A stretch of DNA of 64,000 nt from Phycisphaerae bacterium (GCA_009783465.1 WRDM01000007.1:8447-72446); one strand, 5' to 3'. Numbered from the stretch's first letter, positions 42,748 through 52,623 are shown. Notes: a model not told the origin generated them from the letters alone. Program-made: numbers and translations.

Positions 42748-45360
42748 TCACAACTCCGCTTTGAGTTTCACCAGAAAATCCATCGCCTGCCGGGGGGTCA
42801 TGTTGTCCAGGTCGGCGGCCTTGAGTTCGGCGGCGACGCGTTCGGGACCGGTGGCGAAGAGGTTCATCTGGGCGGCGGCCGCCTTGGCGCGGGCGGAGAG
42901 TTGGGGCATGTTCAGGCCCTTGGCGAGGTGGGCTTGGAGTTGGGGCAGCAGTTCGCGGGCGCGGGTGGTGACGTCTTTCGGCACGCCGGCCAACCGGGCG
43001 ACGTGGACGCCGTACGACTGGTCCGTGCCGCCTTCGACGATCTTGTGCAAAAACACCACTTCGTCGGCCCACTCCCGCACGGCGACGTTCAGATTCACCG
43101 TCCCGTCCAGCAGCGTTTCCAATTCCGTCAGTTCGTGATAGTGCGTCGCGAACAGCGTGCGGCAGCGGATCCGCAGGCCAATGTATTCGCAAATCGCCCA
43201 CGCCAGCGCCAAGCCGTCGCAGGTGCTCGTGCCGCGACCCACCTCGTCGAGAATCACCAGGCTGCGGGCGGTGGCGTTGTTGAGAATGTTGGCCGTCTCG
43301 ACCATCTCCAGCATGAACGTCGACAAGCCTCGCGTCAATTCATCCGCCGCGCCGACGCGCGTGAAAATCCGGTCCGCCAGCCCGATCGTCGCCTCCACCG
43401 CCGGAATAAAACTGCCCGTCTGCGCCAGCAACGTCAGCAACGCCACCTGCCGAATGTACGTGCTCTTGCCCGCCATGTTCGGGCCTGTGATCATCAACAA
43501 CTTCCGCTGCGCGTCCATCGAAACATCGTTGGGCACGAACCGCTCCCGCAACTGCTGCGCCAGCACCGGATGCTGACCGCCCTTGATGTCCAGGACATGC
43601 TCCTGCGTGATCGCCGGCCTGACGTACCCGCGCTCCAACGCCAACTGCGCCATCGCCGCCAGCACGTCCAGCGTCGCCAGCGCCTCGGCCGCCGCCTGAA
43701 ACGCCGGCACGTTCGCCGCCAACGCCGCGCGAACCTGCTCGAACAAGGCCGCCTCGATTTTTTTCGCCCGCTCCGCCGCCGTCAGCACCTCACTCTCGTA
43801 TCGCTTGAGCGCATCGGTGATGTACCGCTCGGCGTTTTTGAGCGTCTGTTTGCGGACGTAATCGGCGGGCACCTTGTCCTGGTGCGCGTGCGTGACCTCG
43901 ATGAAATAGCCGAACACCTGGTTATAGCCGACGCGAAGGCTCGGCACGCCAAGCCGCTGCGACTGCTGGGCCTGGTACTCCGCCAGCCAGCTCTGCCCGT
44001 CCTGGTCGATGCGGCGGAGGCGGTCCAACTCCGCGTCGAATCCTTTGGCCATCACGCCGCCGTCGCGAAGCACGTTGGGGCAATCCGGGTCGATCGCCCT
44101 GCCGATCAACGCCGCCGACTCCTCCAGCCCGACAAACGCGGGCCGAATACGGGCCAGCAGATCGCTATCGAATGCCGCCAGGGCCTCGTGCAACGCCGGC
44201 AGCCGCTCGAGCGTCTGCCCGAGATTGACCACCTCGCGAGGCCGAACGCGACCCATCGCGATGTTCGCGGCGATCCGGTCCACCTGCGCCGCCTCGGCCA
44301 ACTGCTGACGAATCGCCGCCAACGCCTCCCGCCTCGCCAACAACTCATCCACCGCGTCCTGCCTCGCCAAAATGCTACTGTAACTGACCAGCGGGAACGT
44401 CAGCCACCGCTCCAGCAGCCGGCTGCCCATGCCCGTGCATGTCAGATCCACGCACGCCAGCAGACTCCCCGACCGGCTGTTGCCTCGCAGCGTCCGCAAC
44501 ACCTCCAGACAACGCAGCGTGTTGCCGTCGATAACCATGTGATCGTGACGATCAAACTTCCGCAGCGTCGCCACGTGGGCCAACGCCGTCTTCTGCGTCT
44601 CGCGAAGATACTCCAGAATCGCCCCCGCCGCCGAAAGCGACGCGTCGTACCCGGCGAAGCCGAACCCCTCCAGCGTGGCCGTGCGAAAATGCTCGCAAAG
44701 CAGCTTCGTCGCGCCGTCGCCGCCGAACGCCCACGCCGGCCTCGACGTACACGCCGCCCCCACCGCCTGCCGAACGTTCTCCCGCCACGAGGGCGAGTCC
44801 ATCGGCGAATTCTCCGGCACGATCACCTCCGCCGGCCGAATGCGAACCAACTCGTCCACCGCGTGCTCGCGAGGACTGAGCATCGCCTGAAACGTCCCGC
44901 TGGACAACTCCACCCACGCGATGCCCGCCTCCGCCGACGCGCCCGCCGGCAAAAACACCGCGGCCAGGTAATTCCCCTCGCGATGATCCAGCAGCGTCTC
45001 GTCCGTCAGCGTGCCAGGCGTCACCAGCCGCGTCACGTCGCGGCGCACCAACCCTTTCGCGGTGGCCGGGTCCTCGACCTGCTCGCAAATCGCCACCCGC
45101 TGCCCCGCCCGGATCAGCCGGCCGAGGTAACTGTCCAACGCGTGATACGGAATGCCCGCCAGCGGCACCGCCGACGCGCCCTTGGAACGGCTGGTCAGCG
45201 TGATCCCCAAAAGCCGGCTTGCCGTCTTGGCGTCCTCGTAAAACAACTCGTAAAAATCGCCCATGCGAAACAGCAGCAGGTAGTCGCTGTACTGTTCTTT
45301 AAACGAGCGATACTGCCGCATCGCCGGCGTGTCGAGTTGTTGGGGAGATTCGTCGAGCAT
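42748..45360 (-). CDS. mutS: DNA mismatch repair protein MutS
   Basis: It opens with [31 protein letters not shown], has Walker [13 protein letters not shown], and has [18 protein letters not shown]. Confidence 0.95.
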   Translation of the reverse strand: MLDESPQQLDTPAMRQYRSFKEQYSDYLLLFRMGDFYELFYEDAKTASRLLGITLTSRSKGASAVPLAGIPYHALDSYLGRLIRAGQRVAICEQVEDPATAKGLVRRDVTRLVTPGTLTDETLLDHREGNYLAAVFLPAGASAEAGIAWVELSSGTFQAMLSPREHAVDELVRIRPAEVIVPENSPMDSPSWRENVRQAVGAACTSRPAWAFGGDGATKLLCEHFRTATLEGFGFAGYDASLSAAGAILEYLRETQKTALAHVATLRKFDRHDHMVIDGNTLRCLEVLRTLRGNSRSGSLLACVDLTCTGMGSRLLERWLTFPLVSYSSILARQDAVDELLARREALAAIRQQLAEAAQVDRIAANIAMGRVRPREVVNLGQTLERLPALHEALAAFDSDLLARIRPAFVGLEESAALIGRAIDPDCPNVLRDGGVMAKGFDAELDRLRRIDQDGQSWLAEYQAQQSQRLGVPSLRVGYNQVFGYFIEVTHAHQDKVPADYVRKQTLKNAERYITDALKRYESEVLTAAERAKKIEAALFEQVRAALAANVPAFQAAAEALATLDVLAAMAQLALERGYVRPAITQEHVLDIKGGQHPVLAQQLRERFVPNDVSMDAQRKLLMITGPNMAGKSTYIRQVALLTLLAQTGSFIPAVEATIGLADRIFTRVGAADELTRGLSTFMLEMVETANILNNATARSLVILDEVGRGTSTCDGLALAWAICEYIGLRIRCRTLFATHYHELTELETLLDGTVNLNVAVREWADEVVFLHKIVEGGTDQSYGVHVARLAGVPKDVTTRARELLPQLQAHLAKGLNMPQLSARAKAAAAQMNLFATGPERVAAELKAADLDNMTPRQAMDFLVKLKAEL

Positions 45361-45380
45361 GGCGGGGATGATACCACTAT

Positions 45381-45516
45381 CTCGTGGATTCGTTAACTCG
45401 TTAATTCGTTAACTCGTTGATTCGTTAACTCGTTGATTCGGCGAGTCCGGTGGCGTATTTTTATGGAGCGTTCGAATTCACGAGATAACGAGTCAACGAA
45501 TTAACGAGTCAACGAA
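45381..45516. repeat. B-family hairpin
   Basis: CGTGGATTCGTTAACTCGTTAATTCGTTAACTCGTTGATTCGTTAACTCGTTGATTCG ... CGAGATAACGAGTCAACGAATTAACGAGTCAACGAAT. Confidence 0.9.
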
Positions 45517-45517
45517 T

Positions 45518-46168
45518 ATGCTCAACGACGGCGAAAAAGGTGTGGTGATTCAGCGGGACAAGGTGACGTATGCGATTGCGCCGCATATGCCGTGCGGATT
45601 GGTAACGGCGGCGCAGTTGCGGAAGATCGCGGACGTGGCCGATCGGTTTGGGGCGGCGGTGAAGGTGACCAGCGCGCAGCGGATCGCGATCGTCGGGCTT
45701 CGGGAAGAACAGGTCGACGCCGCCTGGGCGGAGCTGGGCATGAGTCCGGCCGGCCTGACGGGGCTGTGCGTCCGCAGCATCAAGGTGTGCCCGGGCACGA
45801 GTTTTTGCAAGCGGGGCTTGCAGGACAGCCTGGACATCGGGCAGGAGCTGGACCGTCTTTATCACGGCCTGCCGACGCCGGGGAAAATGAAACTGGGCGT
45901 CAGCGGCTGTCCGAATCAGTGCGGGGAGACGAATTTCCGCGACATCGGCCTGGTGGGTTCGGCCCACGGGTGGAAGCTCCTGGTCGGCGGCAACGGCGGC
46001 GGCAAGGCGCGCATCGGCGAATGCGTCGCCGAAGGCCTGACGAAAGACCAAGCCCTCGCCGCCGTCGCGAAGGTCGTCGCGTACTTCGTCGCCAACGCCA
46101 AACCCCACGAACGCCTGGGCCGAGTCATCGAACGCCTGGGCATCGACGCCCTCAAAGCGGCGTTGTGA
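45518..46168 (+). CDS. small nitrite/sulfite reductase-like 4Fe-4S/siroheme protein (low-molecular-weight assimilatory-type sulfite reductase-like)
   Basis: ~216 aa, with Cys clusters CPGTSFC and GCPNQC in the arrangement typical of the siroheme-[4Fe-4S] binding half-domain. Confidence 0.7.
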   Translation: MLNDGEKGVVIQRDKVTYAIAPHMPCGLVTAAQLRKIADVADRFGAAVKVTSAQRIAIVGLREEQVDAAWAELGMSPAGLTGLCVRSIKVCPGTSFCKRGLQDSLDIGQELDRLYHGLPTPGKMKLGVSGCPNQCGETNFRDIGLVGSAHGWKLLVGGNGGGKARIGECVAEGLTKDQALAAVAKVVAYFVANAKPHERLGRVIERLGIDALKAAL

Positions 46169-46208
46169 CGTGTAGCCTATGCGTTTTCCGGTTTGTCGCG
46201 TTATTCTT

Positions 46209-46343
46209 CGCATTCAGGCGCAACTGGCCACAGGCCCTGCCATTTTGCGTTGTAGATCGTTGTGACAGACGAAGCGCTCTATCGTTCACACCGTTTTACA
46301 ACGCAAAATGGCAGGGCCTGTGGCCAGTTGCGCCTGAATGCGA
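46209..46343. repeat. H-family hairpin
   Basis: CGCATTCAGGCGCAACTGGCCACAGGCCCTGCCATTTTGCGTTGTAG... pairs with its complement, which ends ...GGCCAGTTGCGCCTGAATGCG. Confidence 0.9.
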
Positions 46344-46392
46344 AGCCTGTGCGAAAATAGGACTATACACGCGTTTGCCCTGCGCCCGTCGT

Positions 46393-47259
46393 CTACTTGT
46401 TATACACCGCCGCGAAGGCTTCGTTTTCCGGGGCGGCCAGCCGCTTTTCGAATTCCGCTCTGGTCCAGGAGCGGTTGTGGAATTCCTGCTTGAGTTTGCC
46501 GTCGGTGCTGGTGACGGTGATCTCGACGGCGTTGACGGTGGACAGGTGGTTGGTTTTCCGGTCGGCCAGCACCAGACGGGGGGCATCGCCCGTCTTTCGC
46601 GGGTCGTACGCCAGATACACGTAACCGATGGGTTCCTTGGACTTTCCGGGGCACGTGAAGATGGCGCTCACGTCGCCCAGGCCTTTGCGTTTCAGGGCGT
46701 CGATCACGCCTTCGATCGTCGCCGGGGGCGCCTCGTTGCCGAACGTCTGCAACACCCCGCAGATATTGATGATCTGCTTGCCGCAGGGGTCGAGGCTTCG
46801 CCGGTCGTTGGTGCCGGCGATGGTGGGCTTGATCATGAGGCCCCCGGCGATTCCCGTCAGCAACAGGATGCCCAACGACGGCGGCAGCATGGCCTTGACC
46901 ACCTGCCGGGCCGACGCCTTGAACATGGCATAGTACACCGTGAACATCACCAGCAGCGCGACGATCACGCCGACAATCCCGCCGGCAATGAGAAACTTCA
47001 GCATGCCCTCGCTCGAGCCGCGGGCGATCGACCCCAACTTCAAAAACACGTACATGGTAATGAAAACGCCGAAAATCCCCGCCATCGTAGCCAACAACGT
47101 GGCCACGATGCCCTGGGCCGGATGAAACCGCCGCGACGCCGTCTGGCGGCGAATGGAAACACCCACCATCAGTCCGCCGCCGATAATCCATAACACGACC
47201 AACGGCAGCAGCACATACAACTGCCACGTCACGAGATAGTCAGTCCAAACGGCTACCAC
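46393..47259 (-). CDS. hypothetical membrane protein
   Basis: The GTG start at 47259 is preceded by GGAGA. It has 4-5 TM helices and then a soluble ~130-aa C-terminal domain. No family was recognised. Confidence 0.55.
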   Translation of the reverse strand: MVAVWTDYLVTWQLYVLLPLVVLWIIGGGLMVGVSIRRQTASRRFHPAQGIVATLLATMAGIFGVFITMYVFLKLGSIARGSSEGMLKFLIAGGIVGVIVALLVMFTVYYAMFKASARQVVKAMLPPSLGILLLTGIAGGLMIKPTIAGTNDRRSLDPCGKQIINICGVLQTFGNEAPPATIEGVIDALKRKGLGDVSAIFTCPGKSKEPIGYVYLAYDPRKTGDAPRLVLADRKTNHLSTVNAVEITVTSTDGKLKQEFHNRSWTRAEFEKRLAAPENEAFAAVYNK

Positions 47260-47467
47260 AATGCATCTCCCCGCGGGACATCGCCCGCAAACATCATCTA
47301 TCTACTACGGCACCAATCCATCCGCCGATCAGACGCCGCCATGAAATATATCGGACAACGGCCACGCACACATCAGCGTACCATCACCAGGCCGATTTTG
47401 GCAAGACGGGATTCGGGTTCCCTCAGGGCCATCGCATCTGCATTCGCCCATTTTTTCGTACAAGAGA

Positions 47468-47561
47468 CTGTTAGGCTGTTAGACTATTAGACTGTTAGGC
47501 GCCGGCTGATGTGAGATTGGGCCTAATTTTTCATAAGCCTCTCCCTAACAGCCTAACAGCC
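47468..47561. repeat. E-family hairpin (CTGTTAGG arms)
   Basis: CTGTTAGGCTGTTAGACTATTAGACTGTTAGGC ... GCCTCTCCCTAACAGCCTAACAGCC. Confidence 0.85.
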
Positions 47562-47664
47562 TTCAAAAACGGCCCTTTGCGGAAAATCATACAAAAATGA
47601 AGGAATTTAGATGCGATGGCCCTGCGGGTCCCCAAATCGTTTGGCTCTCGTCCGAAACGAAATG

Positions 47665-47793
47665 TTTTTTACCACAGAGGCACAGAGAAACACAGAGAAG
47701 GACGTTGGGGATTTGTATAGTTCGCGAAGTCAACGTACGTGCCGAATCCCCAACGTCCTTCTCTGTGTTTCTCTGTGCCTCTGTGGTAAAAAA
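47665..47793. repeat. C-family hairpin
   Basis: TTTTTTACCACAGAGGCACAGAGAAACACAGAGAAGGACGTTGGGGATT ... AATCCCCAACGTCCTTCTCTGTGTTTCTCTGTGCCTCTGTGGTAAAAAAA. Confidence 0.9.
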
Positions 47794-47882
47794 ACGCCTC
47801 CTCGTGCCACGAGAATCGAAAGATCCTGTTCGTGCCAAGTCTTCACTTGGCGAATGGCCCTTGCCGCGTTATGATACGCCCG

Positions 47883-48914
47883 ATGAATGCGATCGCGTGG
47901 ACAATGGAAGAGGTTGCGCAGATGGTGCAAGGCCGCGTCGACGGCGATGCGGGCGTGGTGATCGGCGGCGTCGGTTCGTTGCAGGAGGCCGGGCCTGGAC
48001 AGATCACGTTTGTGTCCGACGCCAGGCGAATCGGCGAGTTGTCGGGCAGCCGGGCGTCGGCGGCGCTGGTGGCGGAGGATGCCCCGGCCTGCGGCATGAC
48101 GCTGGTGCGGGTCAAGGACGTTCAGGCGGCGTTGGCTGCCTTGCTGGAGCGGCTGGACCCTGGCGACGATTTGCCGGCTGCGGGCGTGCATGCGTCGGCG
48201 GTGGTGGCGGCGTCGGCGGTGGTGGCGGCGGATGTTCGCGTCGGGCCTTTCGTCGTCATCGGCGAGCGGGCGGTCGTGTCGGCCGGCTGCGTGCTGGCGA
48301 GCGGCGTGAAAATCGGCGCGGACGTAACGCTGGGCGAGCACTGCGTGCTGTTCGAGAACGTCGTCGTTCGGTGGGGCTGTCGGTTGGGCAGCCGCGTCCG
48401 CGTGGGCGCCGGCAGCGTGATCGGCTACGACGGTTTCGGCTACACGACGCGTCGCGGCCAGCACATTCGCGTGCGGCACGTGGGCATGGTGGAGATTGCC
48501 GACGACGTGGACCTCGGCGCATGCGTGTGCGTGGACCGGGCGAAATTCGGCGTGACGCGAATCGGCCCGGGCACGAAAATCGACAATCTCGTCCAGGTCG
48601 CCCACAACGTGCAGACCGGCCGAGGATGCGTATTGGCCGCCCAGGTCGGCCTGGCGGGCAGCTGCCGACTGGGCGACTACGTCGTGATGGGCGGGCAGGT
48701 GGGCCTGGCGGACCACATGACCATCGGTGACGGCGTGCAGATCGGCGCCCAGGCGGGCGTGATGAAAGACATCCCCGCCCGCGACGTCCAGGTGGGCACG
48801 CCAGCCATCCCCCTGCGGGAATTCATGCGACAACAAGTGATGTTCGGCAAACTCGGCGATTTGCAGCGGCGTGTGAAGGAACTGGAACAGAAACTGGACA
48901 AAGAAAGCCACTAG
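47883..48914 (+). CDS. lpxD: UDP-3-O-acylglucosamine N-acyltransferase
   Basis: The N-terminal LpxD domain (ITFVSDARRI) is followed by long hexapeptide repeats, then GYDGFGY...H.G.V.I.DDV and a C-terminal helix. An alternative ATG is at 47871. Confidence 0.85.
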   Translation: MNAIAWTMEEVAQMVQGRVDGDAGVVIGGVGSLQEAGPGQITFVSDARRIGELSGSRASAALVAEDAPACGMTLVRVKDVQAALAALLERLDPGDDLPAAGVHASAVVAASAVVAADVRVGPFVVIGERAVVSAGCVLASGVKIGADVTLGEHCVLFENVVVRWGCRLGSRVRVGAGSVIGYDGFGYTTRRGQHIRVRHVGMVEIADDVDLGACVCVDRAKFGVTRIGPGTKIDNLVQVAHNVQTGRGCVLAAQVGLAGSCRLGDYVVMGGQVGLADHMTIGDGVQIGAQAGVMKDIPARDVQVGTPAIPLREFMRQQVMFGKLGDLQRRVKELEQKLDKESH

Positions 48915-48930
48915 CCACGTAGCCACATAG
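48908..48930. repeat. A-family solo arm fragment
   Basis: GCCACTAGCCACGTAGCCACATAGG overlaps the lpxD stop codon. Confidence 0.6.
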
Positions 48931-48969
48931 GGGCTTCGCGGCATGTGGGTAAATGTGAACCGTTGATTT

Positions 48970-49033
48970 ACGGGAAACGTTTTAGTTAACTAGTTAACTA
49001 GTCAACCAGTTAACTAAAGCAATTCCCTCGAAT
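48970..49033. repeat. B-family element
   Basis: GGGAAACGTTTTAGTTAACTAGTTAACTAGTCAACCAGTTAACTAAAGCAATTCCCTCG. Confidence 0.8.
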
Positions 49034-49115
49034 ACGTGGTATGATTTCACCGACGAGGGGCGAAGAACCGATGTGGCTTTTCGCGTGGAAACTTAGTATC
49101 GAGGCTTGATCCTCC

Positions 49116-50426
49116 GTGAGCCTTCAAAAGACCATCAAGAAGTCTGTGGACGTCGAAGGGCAAGGTCTGTTCGGCGGCGAGCGGTGTGCGCTGCGATTCT
49201 CCCCAGGGGAGCCCAACAGCGGCATCGTGTTTGTCCGCAGCGACCTGCCCGAGAACGTCCGCATCCCGGCCGACATCGCCAACGTCGCCCTGAAGCCGCG
49301 ACGCACCGCGCTGATGAACGGCTCGGCGGGCGTGGAAACGGTCGAGCACGTGCTGTCGGCGGCCTGGGGACTGGACCTGGACAACCTCGTCATCGAAGTC
49401 TCCGCCGCCGAGACGCCCTCGACGGACGGCTCGCCGATGCCCTTCGTCGACGCGCTGCTCCAGGCAGGCATCGTCGAACAGGAAATCCCGCAGAAAGTCT
49501 ACGTCATCGAGGAGGCCGTCACCGTCACCGAGGGCGACGCAATGCTCGTCGCCATGCCAGGCCCCGTCGACTGCCTCGACATTCTCTACGACCTCGACTA
49601 CGCCAACGTACCCTGCATCGGGCGGCAGGTGTTGGGCTTCCGCCTGGGCAAGGACGACTACCTCCAGCGGATCGCCCCCTCGCGAACCTTCCTGCTCGAA
49701 AGCGAAACCACCCAATTCCAGGCCCAGGGCATGGGACAACACCTCACCACGCACGACCTGCTGGTGATGGGGCCCGACGGACCTGTCGATAACCAGCTCC
49801 GCTTCCCCGACGAGCACGTGCGGCACAAGGTGGCCGATCTGATCGGCGACCTGGCGTTGCTGGGCAGGCACCTCCGAGGCCGAATCGTCGCGTACAAGAG
49901 CGGGCACGAACTCAATCACAACCTGGTCCGCAAACTGGTCGAATCCATCGCCACCGGAGGCCGAACCCGCGGGACAGCCACCGAGCCGCTGATGGACATC
50001 CGCAGCGTCATGCGAACGCTGCCGCACCGCTACCCGTTCCTGATGGTCGACCGCGTGCTGGAACTCCAGGGCGACCAGCGGGCCGTCGGCATCAAAAACG
50101 TCTCGATCAACGAACCGTACTTCCAGGGGCATTACCCCGGCCAGCCGATCATGCCCGGCGTGATGCAACTGGAGGCGATGGCGCAACTGGCGGGCATCCT
50201 CATCGGGCGAAAACTGGAACACACCGGCAAGCTGGGCTTCCTGCTGAGCATCGACCGCGTGAAACTCCGCCGCCTGGTCTACCCCGGCGACCAACTGATC
50301 CTCGAAGCCGAAACCATCCACGTCCGAAGCCGAACCGCCCACTGCCGCTGCCGGGCGCTGGTCGGCACCGACGTGGCCGCCGAAGCGGAAATCAAATTCA
50401 TGCTCATGGACGCCGAGCCGTCGTGA
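49116..50426 (+). CDS. lpxC/fabZ: bifunctional UDP-3-O-acyl-GlcNAc deacetylase / 3-hydroxyacyl-ACP dehydratase
   Basis: The LpxC part has TVEHVLSA, DGS..PF and HELNHNLVRKL. The FabZ part has LPHRYPFLMVDRV, NEPYFQGHYPGQPIMPGV and EAMAQ. The start is GTG. Confidence 0.92.
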   Translation: MSLQKTIKKSVDVEGQGLFGGERCALRFSPGEPNSGIVFVRSDLPENVRIPADIANVALKPRRTALMNGSAGVETVEHVLSAAWGLDLDNLVIEVSAAETPSTDGSPMPFVDALLQAGIVEQEIPQKVYVIEEAVTVTEGDAMLVAMPGPVDCLDILYDLDYANVPCIGRQVLGFRLGKDDYLQRIAPSRTFLLESETTQFQAQGMGQHLTTHDLLVMGPDGPVDNQLRFPDEHVRHKVADLIGDLALLGRHLRGRIVAYKSGHELNHNLVRKLVESIATGGRTRGTATEPLMDIRSVMRTLPHRYPFLMVDRVLELQGDQRAVGIKNVSINEPYFQGHYPGQPIMPGVMQLEAMAQLAGILIGRKLEHTGKLGFLLSIDRVKLRRLVYPGDQLILEAETIHVRSRTAHCRCRALVGTDVAAEAEIKFMLMDAEPS

Positions 50427-50430
50427 ACGA

Positions 50431-50627
50431 CAGCCATTAGCCACAAGCCACCAGCCACGAGGTAAGGAGCACCCAGGGCGAAGGCAGGGCAGAGAAGAGC
50501 TGTTCGGATGTCCGCGACGTGACGAGAATGAAAAACTGTGCGGTGTTTACCAAGAAGAGATAACGTGATTCCATTTATGACAGGTGTTGCCATACCTAGT
50601 GGCTTGTGGCTAGTGGCTTGTGGCTTC
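50431..50627. repeat. A-family hairpin, copy 4 (different interior)
   Basis: The arms are CAGCCATTAGCCACAAGCCACCAGCCACGAGG and CCTAGTGGCTTGTGGCTAGTGGCTTGTGGCTTC. Confidence 0.85.
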
Positions 50628-50640
50628 TGTCCGGTGTGAT

Positions 50641-51402
50641 ATGCCAGATATTTCCAAATACGCAACGATTGAACCCGGCGCGAAGATTGCCGACGATGTG
50701 AAGATCGGTCCGTTTACGTACATCGGGCCTCACGTTCGCATTGGCAACGGGTGCGTGATCGAGAGCAACGTGACGATCGTCGGCCGCACCGAGTTGGGCG
50801 ACCGCAACCGCGTCTCGCCGCTGGCGGTGATCGGCGTCGGCGAGGGCAAGGGCGCGGAGGAGGGCGAGGTCGTCATCGGGCAGGCCAACTCCATCCGCGA
50901 ACACGCGACGATTTACGGCGGCCCGCCGGGCCAGCCCACGCGGCTGGGCGACGACAACCTGGTGATGATCAGTTGTTACATCGGCGGCGGCGCGACGGTG
51001 GGCAACCACGGGATTCTGATCAACAACACGCTGATCGGCGCCGGCGCGGTGCTGGAGGATTACGTTCACACGAGCGGGTTCATCCTGATTTCGCCGGGCG
51101 TCCGCGTGGGCGCGTACACGTTCACGCTGGGCTATTCGGAGATCGACCGCGACGCGCCGCCCTACGCGATGGTGCAGGGCACGCCCTACCGTGTGCGAGG
51201 CGTCAACAGCGAAAAACTTCGCCGTTGCGGCTTCGCCGACAGCTCGATCAAGGCCATCAAGCAGGCCTTCCACGAACTGTACAACGGCTCGGGCGACCAT
51301 GCAAACGCCGACGTCCTCGACCGTCTGCTCGCCAGCGACGACACGGACATCCACGTGCAGCGGCTGGCGCAGAGCGTGAAAAACAGCCAGAAAATCACGT
51401 AG
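50641..51402 (+). CDS. LpxA-like acyltransferase paralogue lacking the conserved His residues (probable non-canonical or inactive form)
   Basis: It has the left-handed beta-helix hexapeptides plus an LpxA C-terminal helical domain (VRGVNSEKLRRCGF..SSIKAIKQAFHELY). ISCYIGGGATVGN replaces NAHIAHDCTVGN of E. coli LpxA. The start is moved to ATG 50641, outside the repeat arm. Confidence 0.8.
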   Translation: MPDISKYATIEPGAKIADDVKIGPFTYIGPHVRIGNGCVIESNVTIVGRTELGDRNRVSPLAVIGVGEGKGAEEGEVVIGQANSIREHATIYGGPPGQPTRLGDDNLVMISCYIGGGATVGNHGILINNTLIGAGAVLEDYVHTSGFILISPGVRVGAYTFTLGYSEIDRDAPPYAMVQGTPYRVRGVNSEKLRRCGFADSSIKAIKQAFHELYNGSGDHANADVLDRLLASDDTDIHVQRLAQSVKNSQKIT

Positions 51403-51440
51403 GATTTTCGTGGCGCATGAGTGAAGTTGTTTCTTTTGTC

Positions 51441-51512
51441 CGAGGGAACCGTTTCGTTAACCAGTTAACTAGTTAACTAGTTAACTAGTTAACTAATTGA
51501 CTAGTTAACGAG
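51441..51512. repeat. B-family element: tandem array of the palindromic octamer AGTTAACT
   Basis: GAGGGAACCGTTTCGTTAACCAGTTAACTAGTTAACTAGTTAACTAGTTAACTAATTGACTAGTTAACGAG. Confidence 0.9.
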
Positions 51513-51520
51513 CACCGACC

Positions 51521-52411
51521 TTGAAAACGATAACCGTCCTTCGTGAGATTGACCCCGCCGCTCGCGTCGCGTCTTCGGCGACGATTGGGCCGTACTGTGT
51601 CGTCGGGCCTCATGTGACGATCGGGCCTGACACCGTGCTTCAGCGCCGCGTCTGCGTGACGGGACACACAATCATCGGGCAGGGCAACATGATCGGCGAA
51701 GGCTGCGTGCTCGGGGCGATTCCACAGGACCTCAAATACGCCGGCGGCGTGACGCTGCTGGTGATCGGCCACCGCAACCGCTTCGGCCGAAACGTGACCG
51801 CCCACATCGGCACGGAAAACGGCGGCTACCTCACGCGCATCGGCGACGGCAATCGGCTGATGGACGGCTGCCACATCGGGCACGACAGTTTCATCGACGA
51901 CCGCACGACGCTGGGACGGCAGGTGCTGCTGGCCGGGCACATCCGCGTTCACGAAGGCGCCGTGCTGGAGGACTTCTCCGCGGTGTTGCAATTTTGCACG
52001 ATCGGCCAGCACAGCCGCGTGGGCCGACGCGTGCCCGTCCGGCGCGACGTGCCGCCCTACACGGATTTCGACTGCCCGGACAACGAAACCACGCCCTCGG
52101 TAACGGGAATTTACGAAGCCGGCATCGCCGCGGCCAAACGACTCGACGCCGAAGACAAAAAAGAACTCCGCCGCGCCCTGGCCGACCTGTTCGACAACGA
52201 GGCCGCCCTCGCGACGAAAATCGAACAACTCGTCAATCTCGGCGTCGACGGCGAAGTCGCCGCCCTCTGCGAGTTCTGCAAACGCAGCCTCCGGGGCACC
52301 TACGGCCGACATCGCGAAATGTACCGCGGCGTCATCCCGCCCGAAGTCGACCAGTTCATGCCCGCCGAATGGAAAACCATCGTGCGGCGACCCACCAGCC
52401 ATTCGGGGTGA
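51521..52411 (+). CDS. lpxA: acyl-ACP--UDP-N-acetylglucosamine O-acyltransferase (canonical catalytic residues present)
   Basis: It has QDLKYAG, GCHIGHDS and LLAGHIRV, the equivalents of H122, H125 and H144. The apparent start is TTG at 51521; there is no nearby ATG. It has a longer C-terminal domain. Confidence 0.75.
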   Translation: MKTITVLREIDPAARVASSATIGPYCVVGPHVTIGPDTVLQRRVCVTGHTIIGQGNMIGEGCVLGAIPQDLKYAGGVTLLVIGHRNRFGRNVTAHIGTENGGYLTRIGDGNRLMDGCHIGHDSFIDDRTTLGRQVLLAGHIRVHEGAVLEDFSAVLQFCTIGQHSRVGRRVPVRRDVPPYTDFDCPDNETTPSVTGIYEAGIAAAKRLDAEDKKELRRALADLFDNEAALATKIEQLVNLGVDGEVAALCEFCKRSLRGTYGRHREMYRGVIPPEVDQFMPAEWKTIVRRPTSHSG

Positions 52412-52555
52412 GCGGCCTTCTTTTCTGGCGGCGGAGTGGTCGGGCATGTGGCTGAATGATCTGAACGACTGGATGTCCATACCGACTGGACCCGTCTTAG
52501 CCCCGAAGGGGCTACCCAACGCCGTCCCTTCGGGGCTAGAGCCGTTTCTTCGATT

Positions 52556-52588
52556 TTTCTGTGGTTTTCTGTGCCTCTGTGGTAAAAA
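52556..52588. repeat. C-family solo arm
   Basis: TTCTGTGGTTTTCTGTGCCTCTGTGGTAAAAAG has no partner arm nearby. Confidence 0.7.
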
Positions 52589-52623
52589 GTAACGGTGTCC
52601 ATTGTCAAACCACTGGAATTTCC

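Noticed and set aside
42700-45396. 898-aa plus-strand ORF
   Set aside because: It is antisense to mutS, which is unambiguous. The translation is Arg/Gln/His-rich with no recognisable domains.
51441-51512. Tandem AGTTAACT array and other k-mer arrays considered as possible CRISPR arrays
   Set aside because: The period is 7-8 nt with no unique spacers, total length is under 80 nt, and there is no leader or cas genes. They are arms of inverted repeats.
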